NCBI GenBank assembly: GCA_963735595.1
Contig: CAVTLK010000003.1
Span: forward strand, 1-64,000
Reading direction: 5' to 3'
Source: an uncultured delta proteobacterium
Lineage (GTDB): Bacteria > Desulfobacterota > Zymogenia > Zymogenales > Zymogenaceae
DNA: 64,000 bases
Positions within the stretch are counted from its first letter, which is position 1. Each line of letters opens with the position of its first letter. The notes beneath the pieces were generated by a model that was not told the DNA's origin, ran no database searches, and saw only the letters and a program-made list of their open reading frames with translations. The position numbers and the translations under genes are program-made. This document shows, piece by piece, positions 63,229 to 64,000 of this stretch.

Positions 63229-64000
63229 ATGAAAAAGAAGGTCATCATCCTGGGCGCGGCGGGCAGGGATTTTCACAATTTTAACGTCAGGTTCCGGGAT
63301 AATGAGAAGTACGAAGTCGTGGCCTTCACGGCCACGCAGATACCCAACATCGAGGGGAGGGTCTACCCGCCGGAGCTTTCCGGACGGCTCTACCCTAAGG
63401 GGATCCCGATCTTTGCCGAGGACGAGCTTGAGCGGCTCATCGAGCGGTTCACGGTTGACGCGGCGGTCTTCTCCTATTCGGATGTCACCCACAACCACGT
63501 GATGCACCTGGGCTCCCGGATCGTCGCGTCCCGGGCGGATTTTCTGCTGCTGTCGGCCCAGAGCACGATGATCAAATCGACCAAGCCGGTCATCGCGGTG
63601 ACGGCCATACGCACCGGCAGCGGCAAGAGCCAGACCACGCGCAAGGTCTGCCAGACCCTTCGGGAGATGGGAAAGCGGGTCGTGGCGGTGCGCCACCCCA
63701 TGCCCTACGGCGACCTGAAGAAACAGATCGTCCAGCGTTTCGGCGACTATAAGGATTTCGACATCCACGGCGTCACCATCGAGGAGCGGGAGGAATACGA
63801 ACCGCTGGTCGAGATGGGCATTGTTGTCTACGCGGGCGTCGACTATGAAAAGATCCTGAGGGCCGCGGAGAAAGAGGCCGACGTCGTCATCTGGGACGGC
63901 GGCAATAACGACACCTCGTTTTTCGCGCCGGACCTCTCTATCGTGGTGTTTGACCCGCACCGCGCCGGCCACGAGCTCCTCTATCATCCCGGCGAGGTCA
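63229..64000 (+). CDS. COG2403 P-loop protein (cDPG synthetase-like / arginine synthetase ArcE-like), runs off the window
   Basis: Own translation, absent from the ORF track: MKKKVIILGAAGRDFHNFN..., AFTATQIPNI, RTGSGKSQT, RHPMPYGDL, TIEEREEYE, WDGGNND. Confidence 0.88.
   Translation, partial: MKKKVIILGAAGRDFHNFNVRFRDNEKYEVVAFTATQIPNIEGRVYPPELSGRLYPKGIPIFAEDELERLIERFTVDAAVFSYSDVTHNHVMHLGSRIVASRADFLLLSAQSTMIKSTKPVIAVTAIRTGSGKSQTTRKVCQTLREMGKRVVAVRHPMPYGDLKKQIVQRFGDYKDFDIHGVTIEEREEYEPLVEMGIVVYAGVDYEKILRAAEKEADVVIWDGGNNDTSFFAPDLSIVVFDPHRAGHELLYHPGEV

Noticed and set aside
55974..63987. Long antisense ORFs (e.g. 55974-57704, 62638-63987)
   Set aside because: Shadow frames of GC-rich genes on the opposite strand.
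1..64000. CRISPR arrays, tRNA/rRNA genes, transposases, prophage genes
   Set aside because: None recognised by eye; a covariance-model scan was not possible.

Overview
GC-rich bacterial DNA from a diderm anaerobe: it has lptB/lptC-lptA, kdsC, a Sec-type selD and B12-dependent ornithine catabolism, and looks Desulfobacterota/Deltaproteobacteria-like (inference). Positions 1-31628 form one giant inverted duplication folding back at 15698-15720 inside a REC-PAS gene. The arms are a mosaic of clearly diverged and near-identical blocks with many indels, most likely a long-read fold-back/strain chimera. Each arm carries yhhN, mgsA, a C-GCAxxG-C-C protein, a selenium operon (yedE, yedF, Cys/Sec desulfurase, DUF3343, selD), hemerythrin, a TPR-PAS-GGDEF protein and glycosyltransferases. 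Comparing the arms reveals an unannotated leader ORF upstream of the selenium operon with two conserved in-frame UGA codons, each followed by a SECIS-like hairpin. It is a candidate selenocysteine-sensing leader/attenuator and the top finding. The unique half holds three tandem lipoprotein patatins, a C69 peptidase, a TetR/PAP2/ceramide-synthase-like GNAT operon, a sigma54 promoter with enhancer sites, LPS export genes, thyX and a frameshifted sugar ABC transporter. It ends with an ord-ortAB-oraSE operon extended by an ornithine racemase-arginase fusion, a TrmB regulator, a permease and a COG2403 (ArcE/cDPGS-like) gene. All family calls come from motif recognition, not database searches.
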